The notes beneath the pieces were generated by a model. It had not been told where the DNA came from, ran no database searches, and saw nothing but the letters and a program-made list of their open reading frames with translations. A stretch of 63,154 nt of DNA, taken from positions 1 to 63,154 of the forward strand of contig JAIUMY010000005.1 of the NCBI GenBank assembly GCA_022565335.1, given 5' to 3'. The position numbers and the translations under genes are program-made. The number at the start of each line of letters is the position of its first letter. The stretch's first letter is position 1. Origin of the DNA: Opitutales bacterium (lineage in GTDB: Bacteria; Verrucomicrobiota; Verrucomicrobiia; Opitutales; T3Sed10-336). Shown here one piece after another: positions 28,963-39,233 of the stretch.

Positions 28963-30292
28963 TCCCTATCCAATTAAGCCCTTTACCTCGCCAGCGCGTG
29001 GCTCAATCACCTTGCCGGGATCGAAATCGATCACCAACCGCGCCATGATTCTGGCAGCTCTGAGCAAGGGCCAAGTCATTCTGGAAAACGCCCTTTTTAG
29101 CGAAGACACGTTGGTCATGATTGAAGCCTTGCAAAAACTAGGTTTCAAGGTTGAAGCGGAAGAGGCGCAAAAGCGGATTGTAGTGGAGGGCAAGGGAGGG
29201 CGAATTCCGAAGAAAAAAGCATCATTGTTTGTGGGCAACGCGGGAACGGCTGCCAGGTTTTTAACGGCCTTTTGCGCCTCTGCCAACAGTGGGCGATATG
29301 AAATAGACGGAGACCCGCAAATGAGGTTTCGGCCGATGAAAGGTCTCTTGCAGTCACTGCAGAATCAAGGAGCAAGAATTACCTCAAGCAACGATTGTTT
29401 CCCCATTGAAATCCAAGCGCACGGATTACGTGGCGGGGATATTTCGATGGATGCCTCGGCCAGTAGTCAATTCATCTCAGCGGTTTTGATGATGGCACCC
29501 TGTGGACAAAGCAATTTACGTCTCCACCTTAAAGGAGAGACCGTTTCAAAGCCTTTCATTAATATGACCCTGTCAATGATGAACCAGTTTGGGCAGCCCT
29601 TATTTGGATGCTCCAAAGACGGGGTTTATGAAGTTTCAGCCGGCAATGGATATGATGGACCAATGGGCGGGGCCTTTCAAATCGAAGGGGACGCAACGGC
29701 AGCAAGTTATTTCCTCACTTTACCGCATTTGGTAGGAGGCGAGGTAGTGGTACCCGGGTTACGTTTTTCCGGACTTCAGGGAGACGTCGATTACAATAAG
29801 GTCCTTCTGCAAATGGGAAGCAAGGTCCTTCCGGAAGCGCAGGGGATGTTGGCGAAAGTAACTGATACCAGTGTTTCACGCAAAGCGCTATCCTATGATT
29901 TTTCTGATATTTCCGACACCTTCCTGACCTTGGCGGCGGTTGCTCCCCTACTCGACGGGACAACACGAATCGAAGGAATAGAGCACACCCGCAAACAAGA
30001 AACCGACCGCGTAAAGGCAATGGCCATGGAGCTAAAACGCCTTGGAATAGAAGTTACCGAGGAAGCCGGGGCGCTTACGATCATTGGCAACCCGGAAAAA
30101 ATAAAAGCGGACACTATAATCCATACGCACAAAGATCACCGCTTTGCCATGAGTTTTGCGATTCTTGGTTGTTATGATTTAAAAGGGGACGGAACCCCTT
30201 GGCTATTTATTAAAGACCCCGGTTGCTGCGCCAAAACCTTTCCAAATTTCTTTGAGGTTTTGGACAAGCTTCATGCCGATTCCCACAAGTAA
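28949..30292 (+). CDS. aroA: 3-phosphoshikimate 1-carboxyvinyltransferase
   Basis: PGSKSITNR, GNAGTAARF, SSQF, QETDR, DHRFAM, KTFPNFF. Confidence 0.95.
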   Translation: MNLTDPYPIKPFTSPARGSITLPGSKSITNRAMILAALSKGQVILENALFSEDTLVMIEALQKLGFKVEAEEAQKRIVVEGKGGRIPKKKASLFVGNAGTAARFLTAFCASANSGRYEIDGDPQMRFRPMKGLLQSLQNQGARITSSNDCFPIEIQAHGLRGGDISMDASASSQFISAVLMMAPCGQSNLRLHLKGETVSKPFINMTLSMMNQFGQPLFGCSKDGVYEVSAGNGYDGPMGGAFQIEGDATAASYFLTLPHLVGGEVVVPGLRFSGLQGDVDYNKVLLQMGSKVLPEAQGMLAKVTDTSVSRKALSYDFSDISDTFLTLAAVAPLLDGTTRIEGIEHTRKQETDRVKAMAMELKRLGIEVTEEAGALTIIGNPEKIKADTIIHTHKDHRFAMSFAILGCYDLKGDGTPWLFIKDPGCCAKTFPNFFEVLDKLHADSHK

Positions 30293-30305
30293 AAGCATCC
30301 TGCAG

Positions 30306-30962
30306 ATGTTTAAAAAGAGGGAAAGGCTGATCAGACTGTTGTTGTTTACGGGGATTTTTCTATTGAGTAGCAATGATGGTGGTGCCAGCGATATTGAGTG
30401 GAAGGGATTTTTCGAACTAGGTGGAACCAAATATTTCAGTCTTTATGACACTTCCACAGAGCGCTCACAATGGATGAACGAGGGTGAAATAGCTGGAGAG
30501 CTAAAAGTCATACGTTATGATCAGGGGACGGGGACTTTGAAGATAAGGAATCAGGGGGAAATACGTTCCCTGACCCTTGGCACCGCCCAACCCAGGCAAT
30601 TTGATCCCGTAGAATTTTTGCAAGATCTGGACAATCCGGAATTTGCCGAATTCATTACGATTTGGATGACCTTGGTTAATGAGGACCGCAACTGGCGCGG
30701 GGAGGAAAGCATTTTCTCCGCCCTACGGGCCCGCGCACGTCTATTGCACAACGAAGGAGGGGCAGAACAACCAAGAATCTCACTTGAGAAGTTACGTGAA
30801 CAACAAGAGGAACTCTATGAGAATTTTCGCCGCAGTCGGGACTTTGCAATGTCCCGTATGTTGGAAGAGGAGGCCTTTTCCGCCTATACTGAAGAAGAGC
30901 TGAAAAGGATGCTTTTATTCAGGGTTTATGGCGGTCGTCCCCTTGCCTTGCCCCAGGAGTGA
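30306..30962 (+). CDS. Exported hypothetical protein
   Basis: N-terminal hydrophobic segment; a short beta domain (FSLYD...QWMNEGE...RSLTL) loosely GspC/PilP-like. Confidence 0.55.
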   Translation: MFKKRERLIRLLLFTGIFLLSSNDGGASDIEWKGFFELGGTKYFSLYDTSTERSQWMNEGEIAGELKVIRYDQGTGTLKIRNQGEIRSLTLGTAQPRQFDPVEFLQDLDNPEFAEFITIWMTLVNEDRNWRGEESIFSALRARARLLHNEGGAEQPRISLEKLREQQEELYENFRRSRDFAMSRMLEEEAFSAYTEEELKRMLLFRVYGGRPLALPQE

Positions 30963-31035
30963 TTCACCGGCAAGCTTGAAAAAACTTCCGCACAATGAGA
31001 AGATGCCATTGTTTCTTTAAACCCAACTTACACCT

Positions 31036-31635
31036 ATGAAAACATTCATCATTAATGGCAGTCACCGCAAAGAAGCGGAGTCGCTCAAAACGGCTAAATT
31101 CATCCAACAGACCCTTTCGGCAATTCTCCCCGAACGGGAGACTTACCTTTTTTCCCTCTCAGAAAACCCCTTGAGCCTTTGGGATGAGACCCAAGGGGGA
31201 CCCAATTCAGAACAATGGGAAGAACCATCCCGCCATCTTAAACAATCCGACAGTCTTATCGTGGTCTGCCCGGAATGGAATGGCATGGTCACTTCCGGAC
31301 TGAAAAATTTTCTACATTTCTGCGGCACCGATTTGGTCGGTCACAAGGCCGGCTACATTGTTACGGTCAGCGCATCTGATAACGGGGCCTACCCCGTGGC
31401 TGAATTGCGCATGAACGGCACCAAGAACAGTCGCCTCTGCTGGATTCCCGAGCATCTGATTGTTCGCCAAGTCAGCGAAGTATTCAACGGACCGGAGGCC
31501 ACTGGAAAGAGCGACACCTATCTCCGTCAACGATTGGAATACGGTTTACGAATCCTCGATGCTTATGCGAAAGCCCTAACGCCTATCCGGGATGGGAATT
31601 TGATTGATCACGAGGCCTTTCCCAATGGAATGTAA
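31036..31635 (+). CDS. NADPH-dependent FMN reductase
   Basis: GSHR, CPEWNGMVTSGLKNF. Confidence 0.85.
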   Translation: MKTFIINGSHRKEAESLKTAKFIQQTLSAILPERETYLFSLSENPLSLWDETQGGPNSEQWEEPSRHLKQSDSLIVVCPEWNGMVTSGLKNFLHFCGTDLVGHKAGYIVTVSASDNGAYPVAELRMNGTKNSRLCWIPEHLIVRQVSEVFNGPEATGKSDTYLRQRLEYGLRILDAYAKALTPIRDGNLIDHEAFPNGM

Positions 31636-31737
31636 AGAGATGGAATAAGGGCTTTTAGACATTACGAACCCGTTCTATCTTCGCACTCATAGCCCTTTTT
31701 GAGTTTTAAGCCCTTCCCCATTCCAACGTTGGCCACC

Positions 31738-32718
31738 ATGAGCATTCCAGATATTTTCACTACGCAACGGGAACGACAGGTAGGTTCCTTAGGGGAGACG
31801 GCAATCCTTCAGCGAATTCGGGAGCGATTGGCAAAGTGTATTCCCTCGGGGTTGGAAGGCCCTTTCGATGACTCTGCCGTTTTGCCGCAAGAAGGAAGCG
31901 ATGGTTTAATAACGGTCGATCCGGTCGTGTTCGGTATGCATTTTGATCAAACCATGCCGCCACGCAAAGTCGGACGAAAACTGGTAAATCGAAATGTCAG
32001 TGACATCGCGGCAATGGGGGGTGAGCCGACCCGAGCCGTTCTCTCTTTGATTCTACCATCTAATGCCTCGGTCGAATGGCTAGACGAATTTCTGCGAGGC
32101 ATAGTGGATGCCGCTCTGGAAGAAAAGGTCTTGATCGTTGGAGGCGACCTTTCTGCCAGCAATCAGGACTGGATGGGCAGCCTAACCCTTCTGGGAAAAA
32201 TCACCAGTCGGGCGATTCCCCGACACGGGGTAAAGCCTAATGACCTTCTCTGGGTCACGGGGCAACTTGGTGGCAGCCTCCACAGTGGGCACCATTTAAA
32301 CTTTACCCCGCGAGTTGCCGAAGGAAAATGGCTCGCTTGCCAGCCAACGGTCCAAACCATGATGGACATCAGTGATGGCTTGGGAAAAGACCTACCGGCA
32401 ATGCTCGAAACTTCTTCCGCCTATCTTGACGAAGCCCAAATCCCTATTTCTCCGGCCGCCCGGGAGTTGGCCAGGAAGTCGGGACAAAGCGCCTTACATC
32501 ATGCGTTTAATGACGGCGAAGATTACGAATTGTTGTTTTCCACTGATGGCGATTTGGACATCGGAGAATTTGTTCGGGAATGGCAAAAAATGTTCTCCAT
32601 ACCGATCAGCAATATTGGAAAGGTTCTCCCCCGCAGCGAAGGCAGCCAATCTGAGCCGATCATTTTCAGGCAAAAAATCGAATCGAGTAATTGGAAGGGC
32701 TATGAGCATCTTTGCTAA
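31738..32718 (+). CDS. thiL: Thiamine-monophosphate kinase
   Basis: DDSAV, NVSDIAAMGG, GGDL, MDISDGL, DGEDYELLF. Confidence 0.92.
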   Translation: MSIPDIFTTQRERQVGSLGETAILQRIRERLAKCIPSGLEGPFDDSAVLPQEGSDGLITVDPVVFGMHFDQTMPPRKVGRKLVNRNVSDIAAMGGEPTRAVLSLILPSNASVEWLDEFLRGIVDAALEEKVLIVGGDLSASNQDWMGSLTLLGKITSRAIPRHGVKPNDLLWVTGQLGGSLHSGHHLNFTPRVAEGKWLACQPTVQTMMDISDGLGKDLPAMLETSSAYLDEAQIPISPAARELARKSGQSALHHAFNDGEDYELLFSTDGDLDIGEFVREWQKMFSIPISNIGKVLPRSEGSQSEPIIFRQKIESSNWKGYEHLC

Positions 32719-33145
32719 ACTGACAGAAGGTTGTGCGACAGGGTCTCCTACGGAAACCAGAAAGCTGGCCGCCGAATTGGCCCGTGCTTTTCCAGCCGAC
32801 CAAGCCTTGTCTCTGCACGGAACATTGGGCGTTGGCAAAACCACCTTTACCAGCGGTTTGGCAGAGGGGTTTGGCATTCAGGCCAAAGTCACCAGTCCAA
32901 CCTTTCAATTTTACAATATTTACGAATCCCCCCGGCGCCAATTGGTCCACCTGGATGCCTATCGATTAGAAAACAGCGATCAAGCGAACGAGTTGTTACT
33001 GGAAGAATTTTTACACTCCCCCTGGTGTCTGGTCGTTGAGTGGCCCGAGAAAATCGAGGAATGGCTACCTGAACCCTGCCAACATATTTACCTCAGCATT
33101 ATGAAGGATAAACGGCATTTCATACGGGGAATTTTCGACTTCTAA
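32702..33145 (+). CDS. tsaE: tRNA t6A biosynthesis ATPase
   Basis: GTLGVGKTT, VTSPTF, HLDAYRL, VEWPE. Confidence 0.92.
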   Translation: MSIFAKLTEGCATGSPTETRKLAAELARAFPADQALSLHGTLGVGKTTFTSGLAEGFGIQAKVTSPTFQFYNIYESPRRQLVHLDAYRLENSDQANELLLEEFLHSPWCLVVEWPEKIEEWLPEPCQHIYLSIMKDKRHFIRGIFDF

Positions 33146-33188
33146 AGAACATTTTCCGATCCCCAGGGTCGACAAAATATCGGCCTTA

Positions 33189-35297
33189 ATGACAAATTCT
33201 TTAAATAAGATATCCCTGCTTTCAATCGTGACCGCTCTATTCTTTTGGAGCGGTCCGGTACTCTGCGCAGGGCAACCATACTCGCTGGAGAATGGTCGTG
33301 TAGTCCCCAAATTGCCGGAAGCTCCTGAATCTCTGCAAAACTCCGATTGGCCCAGTGAAGCTGAAGAAGAAATGCTCGACCGGTTCCAATCGCTTTTGGC
33401 GCAAGCACAAGAGAGAAATCTCTCCTTTCGGAAATACGGGGAGCAAAAATCGCAAACCTTTCCGAATTTGCTCCTGCGGCTGTTTACTTCCGACCAAGAA
33501 AGGGCTCTTCAACTCCTACAAGATGAGGAACTTGACCGAACGGCACACGTTTGGACTGAAGGAATTGATTTTTATTGGAGTGCGATTTTGCCCTATCAAG
33601 TCCGCAAATACTTCTACTTTGGTGAGCTCCTTGACCCAACCTACCAACAACGCATGTACGGCGGTGGCCGCCGGTGGACTGAAGAAGAGCCGCGACCTGG
33701 ATTTGATTTAATCAACCAACTAAATTCTCCCAACGCCAAAGCATCATCTTATGCGGCTGAAATTCTGGATGAAATTTCGAAAAAATGGCCCAACCACTTT
33801 GTCACTCCAGCCCCCCTTGCCGACGGGGAAAAGGACGACTGGATTGCTTGGTGGAAACCATTACTGGCGCGGGGCTGGCAGGTTTACGAAGAAAAGGAAC
33901 GTATTCTAAACCCTTTCCCTCATCCCCGGTTCGACCGGGGCACTGGACCGGTGGGGAGAGAATGGACCCCATCGGCAAGAGGCATGCGGGTTGACCCCAG
34001 AAACACGCAAAACCTACGCACGATGCGGGACACCAGCATTTATCTGATGGCTGAAGAAACCGGAAACGAAAGGGTGCGCCAACTCTATAAGGAAAAAATA
34101 CGCGAACAAATCGCCCTTCTTTATCAGGTAGGCTATGGGGAATGGGATGCTGACTACTACCTAACGGGAATCTTTGCGGCCTACCATAACCTTTATGATT
34201 TTGCCAGGGATGAGAAAGTGATTGCCTTGGCCAAGGCCGCGCTCGACTGGCATTACACGGCCGCCGCCCTTAAATACCGCCGAGGCGTTTTCGGAGGCCC
34301 GGCCAAACGAATAACCACGCGAGAACTAGGTAATTTCCTCGCCTTTCTTTTTGGAAACTACCCGGAGGAGAAAAACATTTCTTACAGCCCGATGGCCCTT
34401 TTCCCGGCAACCAGTGCCTACCGCCCCCCTGCGGCTGTTTTAGCCTTGGCTCGTCAGGAATTCCCAGCTACCGAGATTCTCGCAACCAAACCGTCATATT
34501 CCCCTCATCTGCCGGATCAAAGAACCACGCGGGAAAGTTTCGAGACGTTATTTATAGGGGAAACTTTTACGCTAGGGACAATCAACAGTGATCAATTCAG
34601 TCGAAGTACCAGGCGCTGGCACCTCACCGCCGACCATTCCACTGAAGGAGCGGTCTCCTTTCTTGTCAATTCCGGCAACCATCCGCACCGAACACTCCGC
34701 CCCAAAGATCAGATCGCCCAGGCGGGAGGATCCGCTCTTTGGCTCCGTCCCAACGATGGGCGCAGTTTGTCCTTTAGCATTCCGGCGGGAACGAAGGGTA
34801 GAATTCACCGGGATTTTTGGGTTCTGGAAATCGAAAACACCTGGATTGCCATTCGTCCAATCGGATTGGCGAAAGATGGCTTGCGTCCCTTTCTGCAAAA
34901 CGACGAAGATGCAGATTTTATTTTGCGCCAGGTGCCAACCCTGGAAACGCCCTTCATCGGATTCGCCATGGAGGTGGGCAACCCGGAGTCACACGGTTCT
35001 CTCAGCCGGTTTATAAGCAACATTTCCCAGGTCCAGGAGCTGGATCTTTCGAATTTGTCGGAGGGGAAGGTAGAGATGGTCACGAGCAAAGGGATTGATT
35101 TGAGTTTACATCACCAAGAAGAATCACTCCCGCAAATCCATATCCTTGGGAAACCTCTCGATTGGGATACGGACGAACAATGGATCTCCATTGGTGCCGA
35201 AGGACCGGTTTCCCTGAGTGGATCCCGGGGAGAGCTCGTGGTAAAAGCCGGAGGATACACTTTCCGCCAACAAGTCTCTGTTTCTCAGAAAGAATAG
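33189..35297 (+). CDS. Secreted hypothetical protein, helical domain plus beta domain (possibly polysaccharide lyase/heparinase-like)
   Basis: Signal peptide; GYGEWDADYY; GVFGGPAKR; beta-rich C-terminal half. Confidence 0.55.
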   Translation: MTNSLNKISLLSIVTALFFWSGPVLCAGQPYSLENGRVVPKLPEAPESLQNSDWPSEAEEEMLDRFQSLLAQAQERNLSFRKYGEQKSQTFPNLLLRLFTSDQERALQLLQDEELDRTAHVWTEGIDFYWSAILPYQVRKYFYFGELLDPTYQQRMYGGGRRWTEEEPRPGFDLINQLNSPNAKASSYAAEILDEISKKWPNHFVTPAPLADGEKDDWIAWWKPLLARGWQVYEEKERILNPFPHPRFDRGTGPVGREWTPSARGMRVDPRNTQNLRTMRDTSIYLMAEETGNERVRQLYKEKIREQIALLYQVGYGEWDADYYLTGIFAAYHNLYDFARDEKVIALAKAALDWHYTAAALKYRRGVFGGPAKRITTRELGNFLAFLFGNYPEEKNISYSPMALFPATSAYRPPAAVLALARQEFPATEILATKPSYSPHLPDQRTTRESFETLFIGETFTLGTINSDQFSRSTRRWHLTADHSTEGAVSFLVNSGNHPHRTLRPKDQIAQAGGSALWLRPNDGRSLSFSIPAGTKGRIHRDFWVLEIENTWIAIRPIGLAKDGLRPFLQNDEDADFILRQVPTLETPFIGFAMEVGNPESHGSLSRFISNISQVQELDLSNLSEGKVEMVTSKGIDLSLHHQEESLPQIHILGKPLDWDTDEQWISIGAEGPVSLSGSRGELVVKAGGYTFRQQVSVSQKE

Positions 35298-35386
35298 TTC
35301 CAAGGGTTGATGACCCCGCATAGCCGTAAAGGGCAAACTTTCGCATTGCTCAATCCGGGAAAGTGCCCCATTCTCATTTCAACCTT

Positions 35387-35462
35387 GGGGCTGTAGCTCA
35401 GTTGGAAGAGCGCGTCGTTCGCAATGACGAGGTCGTCGGTTCGATCCCGATCAGCTCCACCA
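35387..35462 (+). tRNA. tRNA-Ala (CGC)
   Basis: 76-nt cloverleaf GGGGCTGTAGCTCAG...; anticodon loop TT-CGC-AA; GTTCGA; encoded CCA. Confidence 0.96.
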
Positions 35463-35510
35463 AAATCCTTTCCGGGTTGCGAAAAAGAGACCTATCCGAA
35501 AGGCTTCTAA

Positions 35511-36056
35511 TCAGAGAACCTTCTTTTTCTGTCGGAAATCCGCCAGAAGACGAACGTGCTTGGTTGTTTGCCAAGCAAGAATCCGGTACACTACATCCAA
35601 CACCGCGGCTACCGCCAGACCAACAATAAAACCACCCATAATGAGCGCGTTAATAGGTCCGACGGGGCCGACACCCAGAAAAGCGAAGACTCCCTTTCCT
35701 ACTTGGTAGGTAGTGTAATAAATCGGCACGGCCGTTAGTGGATTGGTGATGATTTGCAAGAAAACGGCTATCGGCACATTGGAGCGAAACAACAATGCAG
35801 CGAAAAACGAAATCGCAATCTGAAATCCATAAATTGGTAAAAATGCGACAATCGTTCCCGCGTAAATAGAGGGTATAACGTAAGGAACTTTAAAGCACCA
35901 TAAATAGCTCCGGTGGCGGGCCAAACGGGAAAAATAGCGAATTACCGGGTATCGGTCCAAATTACTCTTACGAGGCATCCAGCGCAGGAATTTCTTTACC
36001 CTACGAATACGCGAGTATTTCAGATTGCGAAGTTCCTGTTCATTGATGTCGTTCAT
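35511..36056 (-). CDS. DUF2062 family membrane protein
   Basis: LWCF, FLPIYGFQ, RSNVP, ITNPLT. Confidence 0.8.
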   Translation of the reverse strand: MNDINEQELRNLKYSRIRRVKKFLRWMPRKSNLDRYPVIRYFSRLARHRSYLWCFKVPYVIPSIYAGTIVAFLPIYGFQIAISFFAALLFRSNVPIAVFLQIITNPLTAVPIYYTTYQVGKGVFAFLGVGPVGPINALIMGGFIVGLAVAAVLDVVYRILAWQTTKHVRLLADFRQKKKVL

Positions 36057-36206
36057 GAAAAATGGCAAAGTTTTAAAGTACCAAATTTCGGGCCAATGAC
36101 GAGAGCCTTTGCCGAAAGAGAGAAAAAAATTACGACGTTCAGACCTAAAAAGGAAACATATCCATCGAGACTCTCCCAAGGGGGTCTTCTTTACTGATTT
36201 CAGGTC

Positions 36207-37511
36207 TCAGGAGAATTGTGCGGAAAGAGACAAAACCGCACTAAAGATGGCGTAGGCAACAATTCCGACAAAGATGACCGCAGCAATCAATACTCCCGAG
36301 GTGACAACCCCGGTAAACACCTTCAATTGCTTGCTCAAATAGCCCTCCAGTTGTCTTGAAACCTCCTTAAGCGAAGGGACAATATTTCCAGTATTTTCGC
36401 CCACCCCAATCATATCCAGGACCAGGTCGGGGAAACATTCGGTTTGGGCGAAGGCCCCGGAGATACTCGCCCCATCGGCAACCAGAGGTCGAACCACTTC
36501 AAAGCGTTCTTTGATTCTCCGGTTGGCAATTACGTTTTCACTCATCCGCAGGGCATCGATAGTCGTAACTCCATTTTCCAAAAGAGCCGAGAAGGTTTGG
36601 GTGATAGCCAAAACATCGGAATACAGCAAAAACTTTCCCAACGCGGGCAGGCGGAGAAGAATTCGATCTTTAACCGCCGCCCCCTTGGGGGTCCGGCACC
36701 ATTGCCAAAAGGCCAAAGCGACCATGGCAACCCCCGCAAAAATCCAGATCCCATACACCACCATAAAGGCAGAAAAATCCATGAGAAGCTGCGTTAGGGC
36801 CGGAAGATCAGATCCCAGCGACAGGAGAAGAGCCTCCATCCGGGGAAAGAGAAAATACACACAGAAGACCAAAACCAAATTCGCCACGATGAAAATGAAG
36901 GCCGGATAGGCCAGGGCCATTTTTACGCGGTTAATCAAGGTCTCTCTTTCCTCCAGATAAACCACCAATCGTTTCAAGATCTCCCGCAGGCTCCCTGTAG
37001 CCTCCCCGGCCTGGATCAAATATACGGTCGAAGAGTCGAAAACCCTGGGCATCTGCGCCATGGCATCGGAGACCGACAGCCCCGAAGAAACCCCTTCCCA
37101 AATCTGATGGGCGATTCGCTTCAAAACGGGATCACGGAAACGGGTTCCCAACAAGCGAACGGCATCGCCGATGGGCATTCCGCTGGCAATAAGGTCGGAC
37201 AGGGCTCTTAAAAAAGGAAGGCGATGGGAAGGTTTGAGAGCCCCTCCCCGAAAAGAAAGGCCACTGGGTGGCATATTTTTACGGGCCTCGGCGGGCTTGG
37301 CTTTTCGAGAGGAAGCCTGGCTTTTACTTTCCGTACTTTTTTTACGTGAGGGGGGCCTCGTTTGGGCGGATTTACCGGTTTCACTGACCGATACCGGGGT
37401 GAGCCCCTGCAGGGACAACTTGCGCACCGCCTCCCGACGGGACCCGGCCTCAATCGTTCCCTGGACCGATTTTCCGGTGGCATTGCGGGCGTTATAGGTA
37501 AATTGACTCAT
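36207..37511 (-). CDS. gspF: T2SS/T4P inner membrane platform protein (GspF/PilC)
   Basis: AGEATG, ALAYP, VGENTG. Confidence 0.9.
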   Translation of the reverse strand: MSQFTYNARNATGKSVQGTIEAGSRREAVRKLSLQGLTPVSVSETGKSAQTRPPSRKKSTESKSQASSRKAKPAEARKNMPPSGLSFRGGALKPSHRLPFLRALSDLIASGMPIGDAVRLLGTRFRDPVLKRIAHQIWEGVSSGLSVSDAMAQMPRVFDSSTVYLIQAGEATGSLREILKRLVVYLEERETLINRVKMALAYPAFIFIVANLVLVFCVYFLFPRMEALLLSLGSDLPALTQLLMDFSAFMVVYGIWIFAGVAMVALAFWQWCRTPKGAAVKDRILLRLPALGKFLLYSDVLAITQTFSALLENGVTTIDALRMSENVIANRRIKERFEVVRPLVADGASISGAFAQTECFPDLVLDMIGVGENTGNIVPSLKEVSRQLEGYLSKQLKVFTGVVTSGVLIAAVIFVGIVAYAIFSAVLSLSAQFS

Positions 37512-37527
37512 AGGCAGTGTGGCTCTC

Positions 37528-39216
37528 TCAGCCGTCCATCGACATAACCCGCATAACTTCCTCCATGGTTGTCCGCCCCCGCTGCACCTGCTCCCAACCA
37601 GAGTAACGCAGGTCTTTCATCCCTTCTTTGGAAGCGACTTTACGAAACTCTCGGGCGGACTGCCGATTAACGATTAGATCGTGCAGGCTCTCCCCTACCC
37701 GCAAGATTTCAAAAATCCCCACCCGACCCCGAAAGCCCATATTCCGGCAGACGTCACAACCAACGGGACGTTTGAGTGCTTGCACTTTATCGGCTTCAGT
37801 CGGATCAATGCCCAGATACACTAGATCAGCACGGAGCGCTTGCAAATCGACGGGTTCCTCCCTCGCACATTGTGAACAAAGGCGACGGATCAACCTTTGG
37901 GCCATCACCAGTTCCACGGCGGAGGCGATGAGAAAAGGCTCAATCCCCATATCGGTCAGCCGGGTCAAAGCACTCGGAGCGTCGTTGGTATGTAGCGTAC
38001 TGAAAACCAAGTGGCCGGTCAGGGACGCTCGAATGGAAATGTCCGCAGTCTCCCGGTCGCGAATTTCCCCCACCATGATGACATCAGGATCCTGCCGAAG
38101 AATGTGTCTAAGAGCTCCGGCAAACTCCAGTCCAATCTCCGGGCGCACCTGAATCTGGTTAACCCCGGGAACTTCGTATTCCACCGGATCCTCGACGGTA
38201 AGAATTCGTTTTTCCGGCGAGTTGATTTCCCGAATAAAAGCGTTCAGCGAAGTTGATTTCCCAGCTCCCGTCGGACCGGTTACGAGAATGATGCCATAAG
38301 GAAGATGCAAAACCTGATTGATGACCTTGCGATCTTCGGGTAACAACCCCAACTCCTCCATGGTAAAGGGTTTACTAGACTTGTTCAAAAGCCGCAGGGA
38401 AACGCTCTCCCCATACATGGTGGGAATGGTGGAAACCCGAATGTCCAAATCCGAATCGCGAAACTGGAAATTGATCCGTCCATCCTGTGGAAGCCGCCGC
38501 TCAGAGATATTCATTTTGGACATGATCTTGATCCGCGAAATAATCGCTTCCTGATAGCGCCGCAAATTTTCCGGAACGGGAATGGGGAGGAGAAGGCCAT
38601 CAATACGATAACGAATGCGCAAAAACTCCTCCTGCGGTTCCATGTGAATATCGGTGGCTCCATCCTCAACGGCCTGTCGAACCACGTCGTTGACAAAACG
38701 AACGATAGTCGCAGTTTCGTCTTCCTCATCCTCGTCTTCCTTCTCCTCTAGGATCTCCAATGTAGAATCGTCGAGACTTTCAAAGCCTACCCCCAGTTTC
38801 TGGGTAAGAAAGCCTGCAACTTTATCGGGAGGGGCCAGGGCCCATTCAACCTCCTTACCGCAAACGGCATAGATCCACTCATTCATCTCCTCATCAGGAG
38901 GCCAAACCGTAGTGAGAAACAGGGTACCATTTTCAGCTGGCCGGAAAGGCAAGCATTGGTATTCATATATCAAGCGCGCGGGGAGTTCGGTGATCTCCTT
39001 AAAAGCTTCCTCATCAGGAAGGTTTTGTTCCAAACCAACATTTCTGGCCAGTTCAGTTAAAACCGCGTCTTCACTTTTCCCGGTAGCCAAAGAGAGGGCC
39101 TCCAACCGTTTTTGCCGGGGTTGGGAAAGAATCTCCACGCGTTGCTCTTCAGTAAGAGCCTGCAGCAATTCCGGCAAAGTATTTTCCTTGGACATCTCTT
39201 TCGGCAAATCACTCAT
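37528..39216 (-). CDS. gspE: T2SS/T4P assembly ATPase (GspE/PilB)
   Basis: ERRLPQDGR, GPTGAGKST, EDPVE, RQDPD, TGHLVFSTLHTN, two CxxC pairs. Confidence 0.93.
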   Translation of the reverse strand: MSDLPKEMSKENTLPELLQALTEEQRVEILSQPRQKRLEALSLATGKSEDAVLTELARNVGLEQNLPDEEAFKEITELPARLIYEYQCLPFRPAENGTLFLTTVWPPDEEMNEWIYAVCGKEVEWALAPPDKVAGFLTQKLGVGFESLDDSTLEILEEKEDEDEEDETATIVRFVNDVVRQAVEDGATDIHMEPQEEFLRIRYRIDGLLLPIPVPENLRRYQEAIISRIKIMSKMNISERRLPQDGRINFQFRDSDLDIRVSTIPTMYGESVSLRLLNKSSKPFTMEELGLLPEDRKVINQVLHLPYGIILVTGPTGAGKSTSLNAFIREINSPEKRILTVEDPVEYEVPGVNQIQVRPEIGLEFAGALRHILRQDPDVIMVGEIRDRETADISIRASLTGHLVFSTLHTNDAPSALTRLTDMGIEPFLIASAVELVMAQRLIRRLCSQCAREEPVDLQALRADLVYLGIDPTEADKVQALKRPVGCDVCRNMGFRGRVGIFEILRVGESLHDLIVNRQSAREFRKVASKEGMKDLRYSGWEQVQRGRTTMEEVMRVMSMDG

Positions 39217-39233
39217 AAGCGAAGTTGTCCAGC

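Noticed and set aside
32372-32701. N-terminal extension of TsaE
   Set aside because: It overlaps thiL in another frame; TsaE homology starts at ATG 32702.
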